From Candidatus Eiseniibacteriota bacterium (GTDB lineage: Bacteria > Eisenbacteria > RBG-16-71-46 > JABDJR01 > JAWXBZ01): a stretch of DNA of 19,746 bases. Position numbers and translations under genes: made by a program. The notes under the pieces were generated by a model that searched no databases, was not told the DNA's origin, and was given only the letters and a program-made list of their open reading frames with translations. Within the stretch, counting starts at the first letter, position 1; the number at the start of each line of letters is the position of its first letter. The stretch is from positions 1 through 19,746 of the forward strand of contig JAWXBZ010000227.1 in assembly GCA_034440375.1 (NCBI GenBank), given 5' to 3'. Positions 9,014 to 16,555 of this stretch are shown in pieces.

Positions 9014-10011
9014 CGGGCGCCATCCGGGCGTTTCTCGACGCGAGCCTTCCCCCCCTGTTTCGCGAGAGGCCGGCAGAGATCGATCCCTGGTTTTATGACT
9101 ACTTCGGTGAACTGGTCGAACCGGCGGCGCGCCAGCGATATGCGCGGGCGGTAGCGGCCGATCTGGAACTGGCCGGGGTCGACCCGTCCGGCCGCGTCGT
9201 GCTCGATGCGGGAAGCGGTTTCGGCATCACGCTCCTCTGCCTCGCGGCCCTCGCGCCCAGGCTGGCCGCCGGCCTCGAAGCCTTCCGGCCGATGGCTCTG
9301 ACCTCGGTCCGGCTTTGCGCACGTCTCGGGCCCGGCCTCCCCGCGGCCGTGGTGCGAGGCTCGGTGGCCGCCTTTCCCTTCGCACGGGGATCGGTCGATT
9401 TCATTTACTGCAACGAAGCGCTCAGCCATTTTCTCGACCGGAACGCTTTTTACGATGAGTGCGCCCGCGTTCTCAAGCCGGGTGGAAAATTGATGATCTG
9501 CGATGGCAACAACGCCCTGAATCCAGGCACGGTGGCCCGTGTCCGGCAGATATGGAAGAGGTTCGAGGAGGGTCCGCCCATCGACGACCTGTTCGGTCAC
9601 CGCATCGAGCGACCGTATCGTGACCGGCGGCGTGAAATGATCGACGTGGCCCTGCCTGAGTTGGGGGAGACCGTGCTCGACCGCCTCGCCTGGGGCACGT
9701 TTGGCCGCCACGGCGCCGACATCCTGATCGAGGCCAGGCGCATTCTGGCCTCGGGGCAATTGCCCGAGGCGCCGCCCGTCGTCGATCGTTCCCCGGTTGA
9801 TCCGGTCAAGGGAGATCACATCGAAAGCCTGGTGGATGCGGGCGAACTGCGGGCGCAACTCGAACCCCGTGGCTTTCTCGTGCAGGTTCATGCCCACTTC
9901 GGCGGCGCCCGCAGCCCAATTCTGGCTGCGGTCAATCAGTTGCTCCGGGCCGCCTCCTTCGTCACTCTTCCCTGGGCCCGCTCGGTCAAGATTGTCGCCA
10001 CGCGGGTTTGA
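9010..10011 (+). CDS. Class I SAM-dependent methyltransferase
   Basis: Motif I VVLDAGSGFG, FPF…SVDFIYCNEALSH, RVLKPGGKLMICD. Start moved from 8794 to ATG 9010, which forms an ATGA overlap with the GT2 stop. Confidence 0.85.
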   Translation: MTGAIRAFLDASLPPLFRERPAEIDPWFYDYFGELVEPAARQRYARAVAADLELAGVDPSGRVVLDAGSGFGITLLCLAALAPRLAAGLEAFRPMALTSVRLCARLGPGLPAAVVRGSVAAFPFARGSVDFIYCNEALSHFLDRNAFYDECARVLKPGGKLMICDGNNALNPGTVARVRQIWKRFEEGPPIDDLFGHRIERPYRDRRREMIDVALPELGETVLDRLAWGTFGRHGADILIEARRILASGQLPEAPPVVDRSPVDPVKGDHIESLVDAGELRAQLEPRGFLVQVHAHFGGARSPILAAVNQLLRAASFVTLPWARSVKIVATRV

Positions 10012-10022
10012 TGGACGGTTGA

Positions 10023-10925
10023 TCAGCCCCGTCCACCCCGCCACATCCCATAGAACTGCGCGAACCGGTACACCGCCGCCCGCGGCCATGCCAGAAGCCG
10101 CCCCTCGCGACCGAGGCGCCCGAGATCGGCCAGCGTCTGCCTGGGCCAGGCCTTGAACAGCAGCGACACACTCTCGGTCAACCCTTCCGACTGTCGACGC
10201 ACCCGCGATTCCGCCTCGCACCGGGCGGCGGTCGCGCGCACCGAGTAATCGTGAGAGTGGCGAACCGCGGCGCCCGGGACATAGGCGATGCGTCGGCCGC
10301 GGGCCAATTGGTGCGCCGCCCAGACGCGGTCCTCCGCGATGAGCAGTGACTCGTCGAACGGCTCCTCCTGCCAGGCGGACCGTCGCGCGACCGAGTTGAC
10401 ATTGCTGAAGAGAACACCGCCTCTGTTGGACTCAGGAAGCGCCTCAGCGGGATAGTCCACCTCGATCTGCCAGCGCTCGGGCGGAAAAACATCCGGCCGG
10501 GCGATCTGGCGACCGAACGCGGCCGCCACCGCCGATTCGTCGGAGCCCGCCGTAGTTTCCATCGGAGCGATCAGCCGGCCGAGCCACCCGGCATCGAGTG
10601 GCAGCGCGTCCTGGCTGAGCATCACGACCAGGTCGCCGCGGGCCTCGCGGAAACCCAGATTGGTACTGCGCGCGTGGGTGAACTCGGAGCCGGGTATCGT
10701 GACGATGCGGCATCGTTCCGCTTGGCCGAACGGCGAGTCCGGTGCCACGAGGCGGAGGCCAACCGCCAGTATCCGGTCAACGGTGCCATCGCTCGAGCCC
10801 GAGTCGACAATCAGCAACTCATCCGGCCTTCGGCGCTGGTCGGCAAGGCACGGCAGAAGATCCGCCAGCCAGGGTCCGGCATTAAGTGTCCTGATCACGA
10901 GCGTCACGCGCGCGGAATCGTTCAC
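10023..10925 (-). CDS. Soluble GT2 glycosyltransferase (rhamnosyltransferase-like)
   Basis: VTLVIRTLNAG, IVDSGSSDGT, F.HA.+.N.G, VMLSQDALP, FGRQ, FSNVNS, FDE…AED..WA, V.HSHDY. Real start is probably GTG at 10925 (GTGA overlap with the upstream stop), not 11705. Confidence 0.87.
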   Translation of the reverse strand: MNDSARVTLVIRTLNAGPWLADLLPCLADQRRRPDELLIVDSGSSDGTVDRILAVGLRLVAPDSPFGQAERCRIVTIPGSEFTHARSTNLGFREARGDLVVMLSQDALPLDAGWLGRLIAPMETTAGSDESAVAAAFGRQIARPDVFPPERWQIEVDYPAEALPESNRGGVLFSNVNSVARRSAWQEEPFDESLLIAEDRVWAAHQLARGRRIAYVPGAAVRHSHDYSVRATAARCEAESRVRRQSEGLTESVSLLFKAWPRQTLADLGRLGREGRLLAWPRAAVYRFAQFYGMWRGGRG

Positions 10926-12304
10926 GACCCGGAACCCGGATGATGGCCGCGATTCAGGATCCACCGACGCGACTCCCATCCCAGAAGGAGCAGAAACGGA
11001 ATCGCCAGGAACATCTTGGATCCGGCCGGATCGCCCGACTGCCGTCCCTCGATCCAGGCGGGCACCGCCTGATATGAGAGGAGCGAGGCGAGCGTGACGT
11101 AGAACCAACTGACCGAAAAATTGATGGCCACGAACGGAAGCAGCCACGCCAGGTACCAGGGGTGGATCGTCGGCGACAGGAGAAGCGCGGAACCGGTAAC
11201 GGTGGCAATGGCTACGGCCGGGCGGGCCCTGATCAGCGCCACCGCGGTGGCGATGGCCCCGACCAGCAGGGCCGCATAAAGCTTGGCCTCGGTCAGCCGG
11301 CCGGGCTGATCGACAAGCGTCCCGGGACGAACCAGCAATCCGAAGAAGAAATCGTTGGCACGCCAACGGGCCGCGTAGGTGCCAAGACTTCCGAATGCGT
11401 TCGTATCGGGGGCCATGTACGGAAGGTAACCGACGAGCAGAGTTAGGACGAACCCCAGCGCAATCCAGCCCCAGGCTCGACGCGGCCCCAGCAGAAACGG
11501 CAGGGCGAGCAGAGCCAGGAATTTGACCATCGTGGCGGCAGCAACCATGGCGCCAACAGCGATCCACCGCCCTCTGCCATGCCCTTTCGAATTGGCCAGG
11601 ATGAACGCGAGCACGAGCAGTGCGATCCCAGCCACATCGACATGGCCTGAGCCGCTCCATTCGATGGCTGCGAGTGGATGCCACCACCAGACGAGAAATC
11701 GCCACCGGTCAGCCGGAAGCGCCGCCACCCGGACCGCGAGAATAAGCCCTACCGCGAGGTCGAACAGGAGGAGCAGCATCTTGAGACCGGTAACGCCCGG
11801 CAAAACATGGGCCGCGGCCTCGAATAGTCGTTGCGCCGTGGGCGGGTAGATGGTCGGAAGCGTTGGATTGTTGAGGCGCGACCAATCAAGGTCACGAAGT
11901 TGCGAGAGTGCCGTGTCCGGCGGCGCGTGCCGGTAGGGGTTCACCCCGCTCCTGGCCACCCGGCCATCCCACACGTAGCGGTAGATGTCGTCCGACATTT
12001 GCGGCGGTGCCAGGAGCAGCGGAAGGCGCATCAAGAGGCCCACGACCAGAAGCAGCGGCCATGAGAGGACAATCGAGTCGATCGACCCGGCACGGCCGGG
12101 GGCCATGTCGCGGCCGAGCCGCCGCGCGATGAACAGGGCGCCCACGAAACAGGCCACCATGGCCACCAGCAACAGAAGGAGGTTGGCACTCTGGCCCTGC
12201 AGCGTGGGGAAGCACGCCAGTCGGGCCGAGGCGGCCGCCAGCAGGAAGCCGAGAACAGGAATGGCCGTAGCCATCAATCGTGCGGGCAGTGGCGCTGGTC
12301 TCAT
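10922..12304 (-). CDS. Polytopic GT-C-fold glycosyltransferase (GT87/DUF2029/MptB-like)
   Basis: SDDIYRYVWDG…G.NPY..AP…TIYPP loop, WWHPL..IE..GSGH.D, conserved K in MVKFL, LLSPTIHPWY..W; about 10 TM segments. Start ATG 12304 (alternative 12274). The longer track ORF to 13183 is the antisense of pyk. Confidence 0.82.
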   Translation of the reverse strand: MRPAPLPARLMATAIPVLGFLLAAASARLACFPTLQGQSANLLLLLVAMVACFVGALFIARRLGRDMAPGRAGSIDSIVLSWPLLLVVGLLMRLPLLLAPPQMSDDIYRYVWDGRVARSGVNPYRHAPPDTALSQLRDLDWSRLNNPTLPTIYPPTAQRLFEAAAHVLPGVTGLKMLLLLFDLAVGLILAVRVAALPADRWRFLVWWWHPLAAIEWSGSGHVDVAGIALLVLAFILANSKGHGRGRWIAVGAMVAAATMVKFLALLALPFLLGPRRAWGWIALGFVLTLLVGYLPYMAPDTNAFGSLGTYAARWRANDFFFGLLVRPGTLVDQPGRLTEAKLYAALLVGAIATAVALIRARPAVAIATVTGSALLLSPTIHPWYLAWLLPFVAINFSVSWFYVTLASLLSYQAVPAWIEGRQSGDPAGSKMFLAIPFLLLLGWESRRWILNRGHHPGSGS

Positions 12305-12328
12305 CCGTCCAGTAGCATACCCGGCTTC
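12305..12328. promoter_or_regulatory. Candidate bidirectional promoter (overlapping -10 elements TAGCAT on + and TATGCT on -)
   Basis: The 24-bp gap between divergent ATGs contains TAGCATA (12313-12319), and neither gene has an SD. Confidence 0.5.
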
Positions 12329-13750
12329 ATGAGACGAGCGAAGATAGTCTGCACTCTGGGGCCCGCCACGCGCGAGCCGAAAATGCTGCGCCAGCTGATC
12401 GAAGCCGGCATGAATGTCTGCCGGCTTAACTTTTCCCACGGAACACACGAGGAACACCGCCGGACGGTGGAGATGATCCACCGCGAGGCCAAACGGGCGG
12501 GTGCCACGGTCGCCATCCTGCAAGACCTGCAGGGCCCAAAGATCCGGACCGGGTTGATGCCTGCCGGCGACGTGCTGCTGAAACCGGGGGCGGCCTTCGT
12601 GTTGACAACCCGCAAGGTGACCGGCAGCGCCACGATCGTATCCACGACGTTTGCCGACCTCCCCCACGAGGTGTCCCGGGGTGACCAACTCCTCCTGGCT
12701 GACGGCCTGATCCAGCTGGAAGTGGCCCGCGTGGACGGGACCGATGTGCACTGCAAGGTCGTCGACGGCGGGCTCCTCGGCTCGAACAAGGGGATCAACA
12801 TTCCGGGCCGCAAGTTGTCGGTGTCGGCGCTGACTCCCAAGGATCGGGAGGACCTGAAGCTTGGCGTTCAGCTCGGCGTCGACTGGGTGGCCTTGTCGTT
12901 CGTGCGGTCGGCGGACGATGTCCGGCTCCTGCGCGCGGCGTTGAAGCGGCTGCGCGCCTCCGACAAGCCGGTCGTGGCCAAGCTGGAGAAGCCACAGGCC
13001 ATGGCCAACCTGATCGAGATCCTGGACGAGGCCGACGCCGTCATGGTGGCCCGCGGCGATCTGGCCGTGGAAACCAGCCCGGAACAGGTACCGGTTTTGC
13101 AAAAGAGGATCATCCGTGAGGCGAGGCGACGGGGCGTGCCGGTGATCACGGCCACGCAGATGCTCGAATCGATGATCGACCATCCCCGGCCGACGCGCGC
13201 CGAAGCCAGCGACGTGGCCAACGCCATTTACGACGGCACGGATGCCGTGATGCTGTCAGCCGAAACCGCCGTCGGCCGGTATCCGGTTGAAACGGTCCAG
13301 CTCATGGGGCGAATCATCGAAAACGTGGAGGCGGAACTGTCGGCCAATCCACGTCGCGAATCCGAATCAGCCTCCTGGTGGCGCAAGTCGGTGGCCGACG
13401 CCATCTGCGAGGCCGCCGCCCATGCCGCCGAGGGACTCGGGGCACCGGTCGTCGCCGTATTCACCGAGACCGGCAACACAGCGCGGCGCGTCGCGCAGTA
13501 TCGACCAAGCGCTCGCATCATCGCGTTCAGTTCGTCGGACATGATCCGACGGCGCATGGCGCTCCTCTGGGGCGTCGAATCGCGGCCGTCCCCGGCGGTG
13601 TCAACCACCGACCGGATGGTTGATTGGGTGGCCGGTGCCCTGCGTCGGGAGGGGATCATTCACCCGGGTGACCGGATCGTCGTTACTGCCGGTACGCCGG
13701 TCGGTCAGGCAGGTTCAACCAACTTCCTGAAGATTCACCAGGCGCGCTGA
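12329..13750 (+). CDS. pyk: Pyruvate kinase
   Basis: KIVCTLGPAT, RLNFSHG, DLQGPKIR, AKLEK, MVARGDL, ATQMLESM…PTRAEASDVANA..DGTDAVMLSAETA.G.YP. Confidence 0.98.
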   Translation: MRRAKIVCTLGPATREPKMLRQLIEAGMNVCRLNFSHGTHEEHRRTVEMIHREAKRAGATVAILQDLQGPKIRTGLMPAGDVLLKPGAAFVLTTRKVTGSATIVSTTFADLPHEVSRGDQLLLADGLIQLEVARVDGTDVHCKVVDGGLLGSNKGINIPGRKLSVSALTPKDREDLKLGVQLGVDWVALSFVRSADDVRLLRAALKRLRASDKPVVAKLEKPQAMANLIEILDEADAVMVARGDLAVETSPEQVPVLQKRIIREARRRGVPVITATQMLESMIDHPRPTRAEASDVANAIYDGTDAVMLSAETAVGRYPVETVQLMGRIIENVEAELSANPRRESESASWWRKSVADAICEAAAHAAEGLGAPVVAVFTETGNTARRVAQYRPSARIIAFSSSDMIRRRMALLWGVESRPSPAVSTTDRMVDWVAGALRREGIIHPGDRIVVTAGTPVGQAGSTNFLKIHQAR

Positions 13751-13806
13751 CTCACGGAGACCATCCACGAAGATGGAGGTAACGGCGGCGCACGGCGCGT
13801 CGACGC

Positions 13807-13843
13807 AAAAAAAAAGCCCATCCGGCGGGAGCCGGATGGGCTT
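13807..13843 (-). terminator. Rho-independent terminator for the minus-strand yjbH-like/small-protein unit (may also act on pyk)
   Basis: Perfect 13-bp inverted repeat AAGCCCATCCGGC-ggga-GCCGGATGGGCTT (13814-13843), with an A9 run at 13807-13815 that is a U-tract on the minus strand. Confidence 0.88.
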
Positions 13844-13868
13844 CAGTCTTCTTGTTGAATCCAGGGGA

Positions 13869-14231
13869 CTACTGACCGCCGCCGCCGCGCCCCTGTTCAT
13901 GGCAGGGCGCCTTGCAGCTCTGGGCTGCGGCCGCGATTTCTTCCTGCCGTGCCTCGTGACGGGCTCTTTCCTGCTCAAGGCAGGCCGGATTCCCGTGGCA
14001 GGCCTCGATGTTGGCGCGGTGGAGGTCCTGTTCATCATCCCGGGCATCCTTGGCGATATCATTGCAGGCACGCACGCACGCCGAGACCCCGCTGCCGTTA
14101 TCCAGGGTTCCGCTGCCTGGTCCGACCGCCCGGTCCGCCACCTGGCTGCATTGCGAACCGGAAAGGGTCAGGATCGTGATAGCCAGGGCGGCCGTGATAG
14201 GCCAGTACCAGTTCTTGTTGCGGAGCGTCAT
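13869..14231 (-). CDS. Small exported cysteine-rich protein, possible lipoprotein; unknown function
   Basis: Strong SD (AGGGGAGG) before the ATG. Basic N-terminus and hydrophobic stretch ending LSGSQ-C28, then a Gly/Ser linker and six further Cys in symmetric spacing. Followed directly by a terminator. Confidence 0.8.
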   Translation of the reverse strand: MTLRNKNWYWPITAALAITILTLSGSQCSQVADRAVGPGSGTLDNGSGVSACVRACNDIAKDARDDEQDLHRANIEACHGNPACLEQERARHEARQEEIAAAAQSCKAPCHEQGRGGGGQ

Positions 14232-14276
14232 GCGTTGATCCTCCCCTAGTTGTAATGCGACTCAGCCGCAATATCC

Positions 14277-16226
14277 TTAAAACCGAACTGACCATGAGAC
14301 ACCACCGGACAGTTCCTCGAAATTCAGTAACGCCAACTGCGCTGACAGGCGAGATAGCATGATGACGCGTACGCCGCCATTCCATTTCTCACTATCATAC
14401 TCAGCCATGGTGATGGCCCACGGAGTTAATTGTAGCTGTACTCCGCCAAAGACACCATCAAGAAGATAACGGGCAGCCGTCAAGCTGCGCAATCCATATC
14501 CAAGGGTCACCTCGGCCCCGGGACGGTCGAAACCGGGTCCAATCGATTGACTTGCAACAAGATACAGAGAATGAAAGCGTCGGGTACCCCGAATATCTTC
14601 AACGCCCGCCCCCAGGGTGGTACGTCCTCCTGGCCACGGACTCTGGATCCGGAGGCTCCCCATTCGGTCGACCGCATCAACCGGAACGTCTTCGATCAGG
14701 TACTCCCCCGGCAGGACGGTGGCGCGCAGCGACGCTTCGACCCAGGGCAGGAATCCAACGGTGAGATACCCATATTCGTTGCGAAGTGAGCCTCTTCCCT
14801 CGTAGGCGAATTCACGCGGTATGTGGCTGTATCCCACATGGATGGTTCCTTCCAGGGCGACATGGGGCGTAGGTGTATTGATCAGCCCGGTGGTGCCCGC
14901 AAGGGAGGCACGCGGTTCAATGATCGGCCACCCCGCCCGGGATCTGTCCCGGTAGCGGGAGGTGACCGAGCGGCCGCGGATCGCATCCAGGTTGTTCTCG
15001 ATATAGGTCGGTGTCAGGCCGTGGCGGAAGCGGTCAATTGTGTCGAAGGCCCGAACGCGTTGACCGATTGGCGCCACGTCTTCGCGGTACTCGAACGGGA
15101 AAGATGGAACCGTCGTCGCCCGAATGGGCGCCGGACGCGACAGGTGCCGCGCCGGAAGCGGAACGCTGAATCGGAATCCGCCGACCTCTCCCGCATCGGT
15201 CGAGATGCCGAAGAACCCCAGATCCACCTCTCCAAAACGACGGACCGCATCGATCCGAATTCCCTCGTCCCCGGAAAGGAAGTGGCCGGCCGCGAAGGAG
15301 ACTTCGACATCGCGGCCCGGTAGTCGCCCGATCAGTGTCCCCACCCCGGACCAGGCAGCGATATCCGAATAGGAGACCGTTCCAGCGTCGAGAAACTTGA
15401 AGAATCCCGACCAATCGCCCCCGACGCGGGCCTCCAGCAGGCCCCGGCGATCGAGGTAGCGGCCTGCCTCGGCCACGAACCCGTACCGGTTTTCCGGGAA
15501 CGTCCCGCCGCTGGCGGCCGCGTGAATGCCACCGGGAAGGCGGTTGTTCCACGAGAGGGTGTTGCGCCCGGGCTCGATGGGGGAATTGAAGTCATCCAGG
15601 TCATCCTGCAACTCGATGCGGGCCTGCAGGGTCAGGAGGAGGCTGCCTGCCGGGCTCATGGTCAGTTCCGGTGCCACCCAAAATCCGGTCTGGAACGGAT
15701 CGTCCGCAATGCCCAGCTGGAGGTCGACAAGCGGCCGGAGTGCCAGGTCGATCCGCCACTGAGAGGCGTTCAGGGGTTTGAGTCCCGATTCCTCGGAATC
15801 ACGATCCAGAGTGGTGCCGATTGGGGGCCACGATCCGGGCTCCGAGATGTGCAAGATCTCCCGGAAGGCGGACAGATCCATGGCGCCGGAAAGGAACTGC
15901 CGCCAGGCCTCGACCGGAGCCTTCAGGGTTTGCGTCGCCACGCCGCGTGTCAGAGGCGTGAGAGCCAGGGCGCCACCTGGGCTCAGGTACGGAATTGCTC
16001 GCCCGGCCACGCGACCCAGGGCTCTCAGCTCCCAACGCTCAATCCGGTTTTCGAAACGGATCTCGACGTCCCCGCCGTTCAGAAACGAAACGCTGATGTT
16101 TTCAAAGCCAGCGCCTGCCAGCGAATCGACAAATTCCTGATGTTTCACATCCTGGGCATGCCCGCTGGGGTGGGCAAGGAGATGGAGCAGAACAACGGCA
16201 ATCATTAAGCCCGGCTTACGGGACAT
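14277..16226 (-). CDS. YjbH/GfcD-like outer-membrane beta-barrel protein with permuted domain order
   Basis: Likely start ATG 16226 (SD GGAG; signal peptide …SGHA-QD). Segments: L..AGFENISV…I.FENR; G.F…RYG…E / G.F+.GD.G.R.D..RRF; LAGTTGLINTPT…G+LPWVE.SLR.T…DR…+R…AEYDS…N.G. C-terminal beta-signal-like GGVSWSVRF. Family call is from remembered motifs, not from a search. Confidence 0.75.
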   Translation of the reverse strand: MSRKPGLMIAVVLLHLLAHPSGHAQDVKHQEFVDSLAGAGFENISVSFLNGGDVEIRFENRIERWELRALGRVAGRAIPYLSPGGALALTPLTRGVATQTLKAPVEAWRQFLSGAMDLSAFREILHISEPGSWPPIGTTLDRDSEESGLKPLNASQWRIDLALRPLVDLQLGIADDPFQTGFWVAPELTMSPAGSLLLTLQARIELQDDLDDFNSPIEPGRNTLSWNNRLPGGIHAAASGGTFPENRYGFVAEAGRYLDRRGLLEARVGGDWSGFFKFLDAGTVSYSDIAAWSGVGTLIGRLPGRDVEVSFAAGHFLSGDEGIRIDAVRRFGEVDLGFFGISTDAGEVGGFRFSVPLPARHLSRPAPIRATTVPSFPFEYREDVAPIGQRVRAFDTIDRFRHGLTPTYIENNLDAIRGRSVTSRYRDRSRAGWPIIEPRASLAGTTGLINTPTPHVALEGTIHVGYSHIPREFAYEGRGSLRNEYGYLTVGFLPWVEASLRATVLPGEYLIEDVPVDAVDRMGSLRIQSPWPGGRTTLGAGVEDIRGTRRFHSLYLVASQSIGPGFDRPGAEVTLGYGLRSLTAARYLLDGVFGGVQLQLTPWAITMAEYDSEKWNGGVRVIMLSRLSAQLALLNFEELSGGVSWSVRF

Positions 16227-16265
16227 GAAATCTCCGGAATAGTGGTGAGAACTGTTGGGATTTTC

Positions 16266-16271
16266 ATTATA
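16266..16271 (-). promoter_or_regulatory. Candidate -10 (TATAAT) for the yjbH-like gene
   Basis: ATTATA on + is TATAAT on -, about 40 bp upstream of ATG 16226. No recognisable -35. Confidence 0.4.
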
Positions 16272-16450
16272 GTGGAAGGGCTCCTCGCTGCCCTGCGGTC
16301 GAGGCAGGAGGATCATTTATACTTGAAAACAACTTCCATCAATTTCATGTAAAACATGAATAATGGCAAGTCACTGCCACCAAGGGATCTGGGGCAATTT
16401 CCACTCCTCGTGCATTTAGTCACTCTCTGAGTGGCAAGTCGCCTGAGGGA

Positions 16451-16479
16451 TTGACGCCCGGGTCGGATCCCCCTAGCAT
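16451..16479 (+). promoter_or_regulatory. Candidate sigma70 promoter TTGACG-N17-TAGCAT
   Basis: -35 at 16451-16456, 17-bp spacer, -10 at 16474-16479, upstream of the second S8 peptidase. Confidence 0.55.
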
Positions 16480-16540
16480 CCTTAGGGCTTATCTGCATTG
16501 GGGTCATACACATGACGTCAATGCGGGGAGTAGTGAAAAA

Positions 16541-16555
16541 TGGCACCGTGCTTGC
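16541..16555 (+). promoter_or_regulatory. Candidate sigma54 (-24/-12) promoter TGGCAC-N5-TTGC
   Basis: TGGCACCGTGCTTGC matches the RpoN core consensus. It is intergenic, about 125 bp upstream of the start codon and in the correct orientation. Confidence 0.7.

Noticed and set aside
10926-11705. N-terminal extension of the 560-aa GT2 ORF (likewise 8794..9009, 2555..2644 and 16227..16316)
   Set aside because: These extensions overlap other real genes in another frame or precede family similarity. Downstream starts are better supported by stop/start overlaps, SD sequences or motif onset.
12305-13183. N-terminal extension of the 753-aa ORF, suggesting a fusion to the GT87-like protein
   Set aside because: It is the antisense of pyk; membrane-protein character starts only at ATG 12304.
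13899-13916. CKAPCH as an atypical CX3CH heme-c attachment site, given ccdA/tlpA nearby
   Set aside because: The exact mirror symmetry with C52/C56 is better explained by disulfide pairing, and there is no canonical CxxCH. Not fully excluded.
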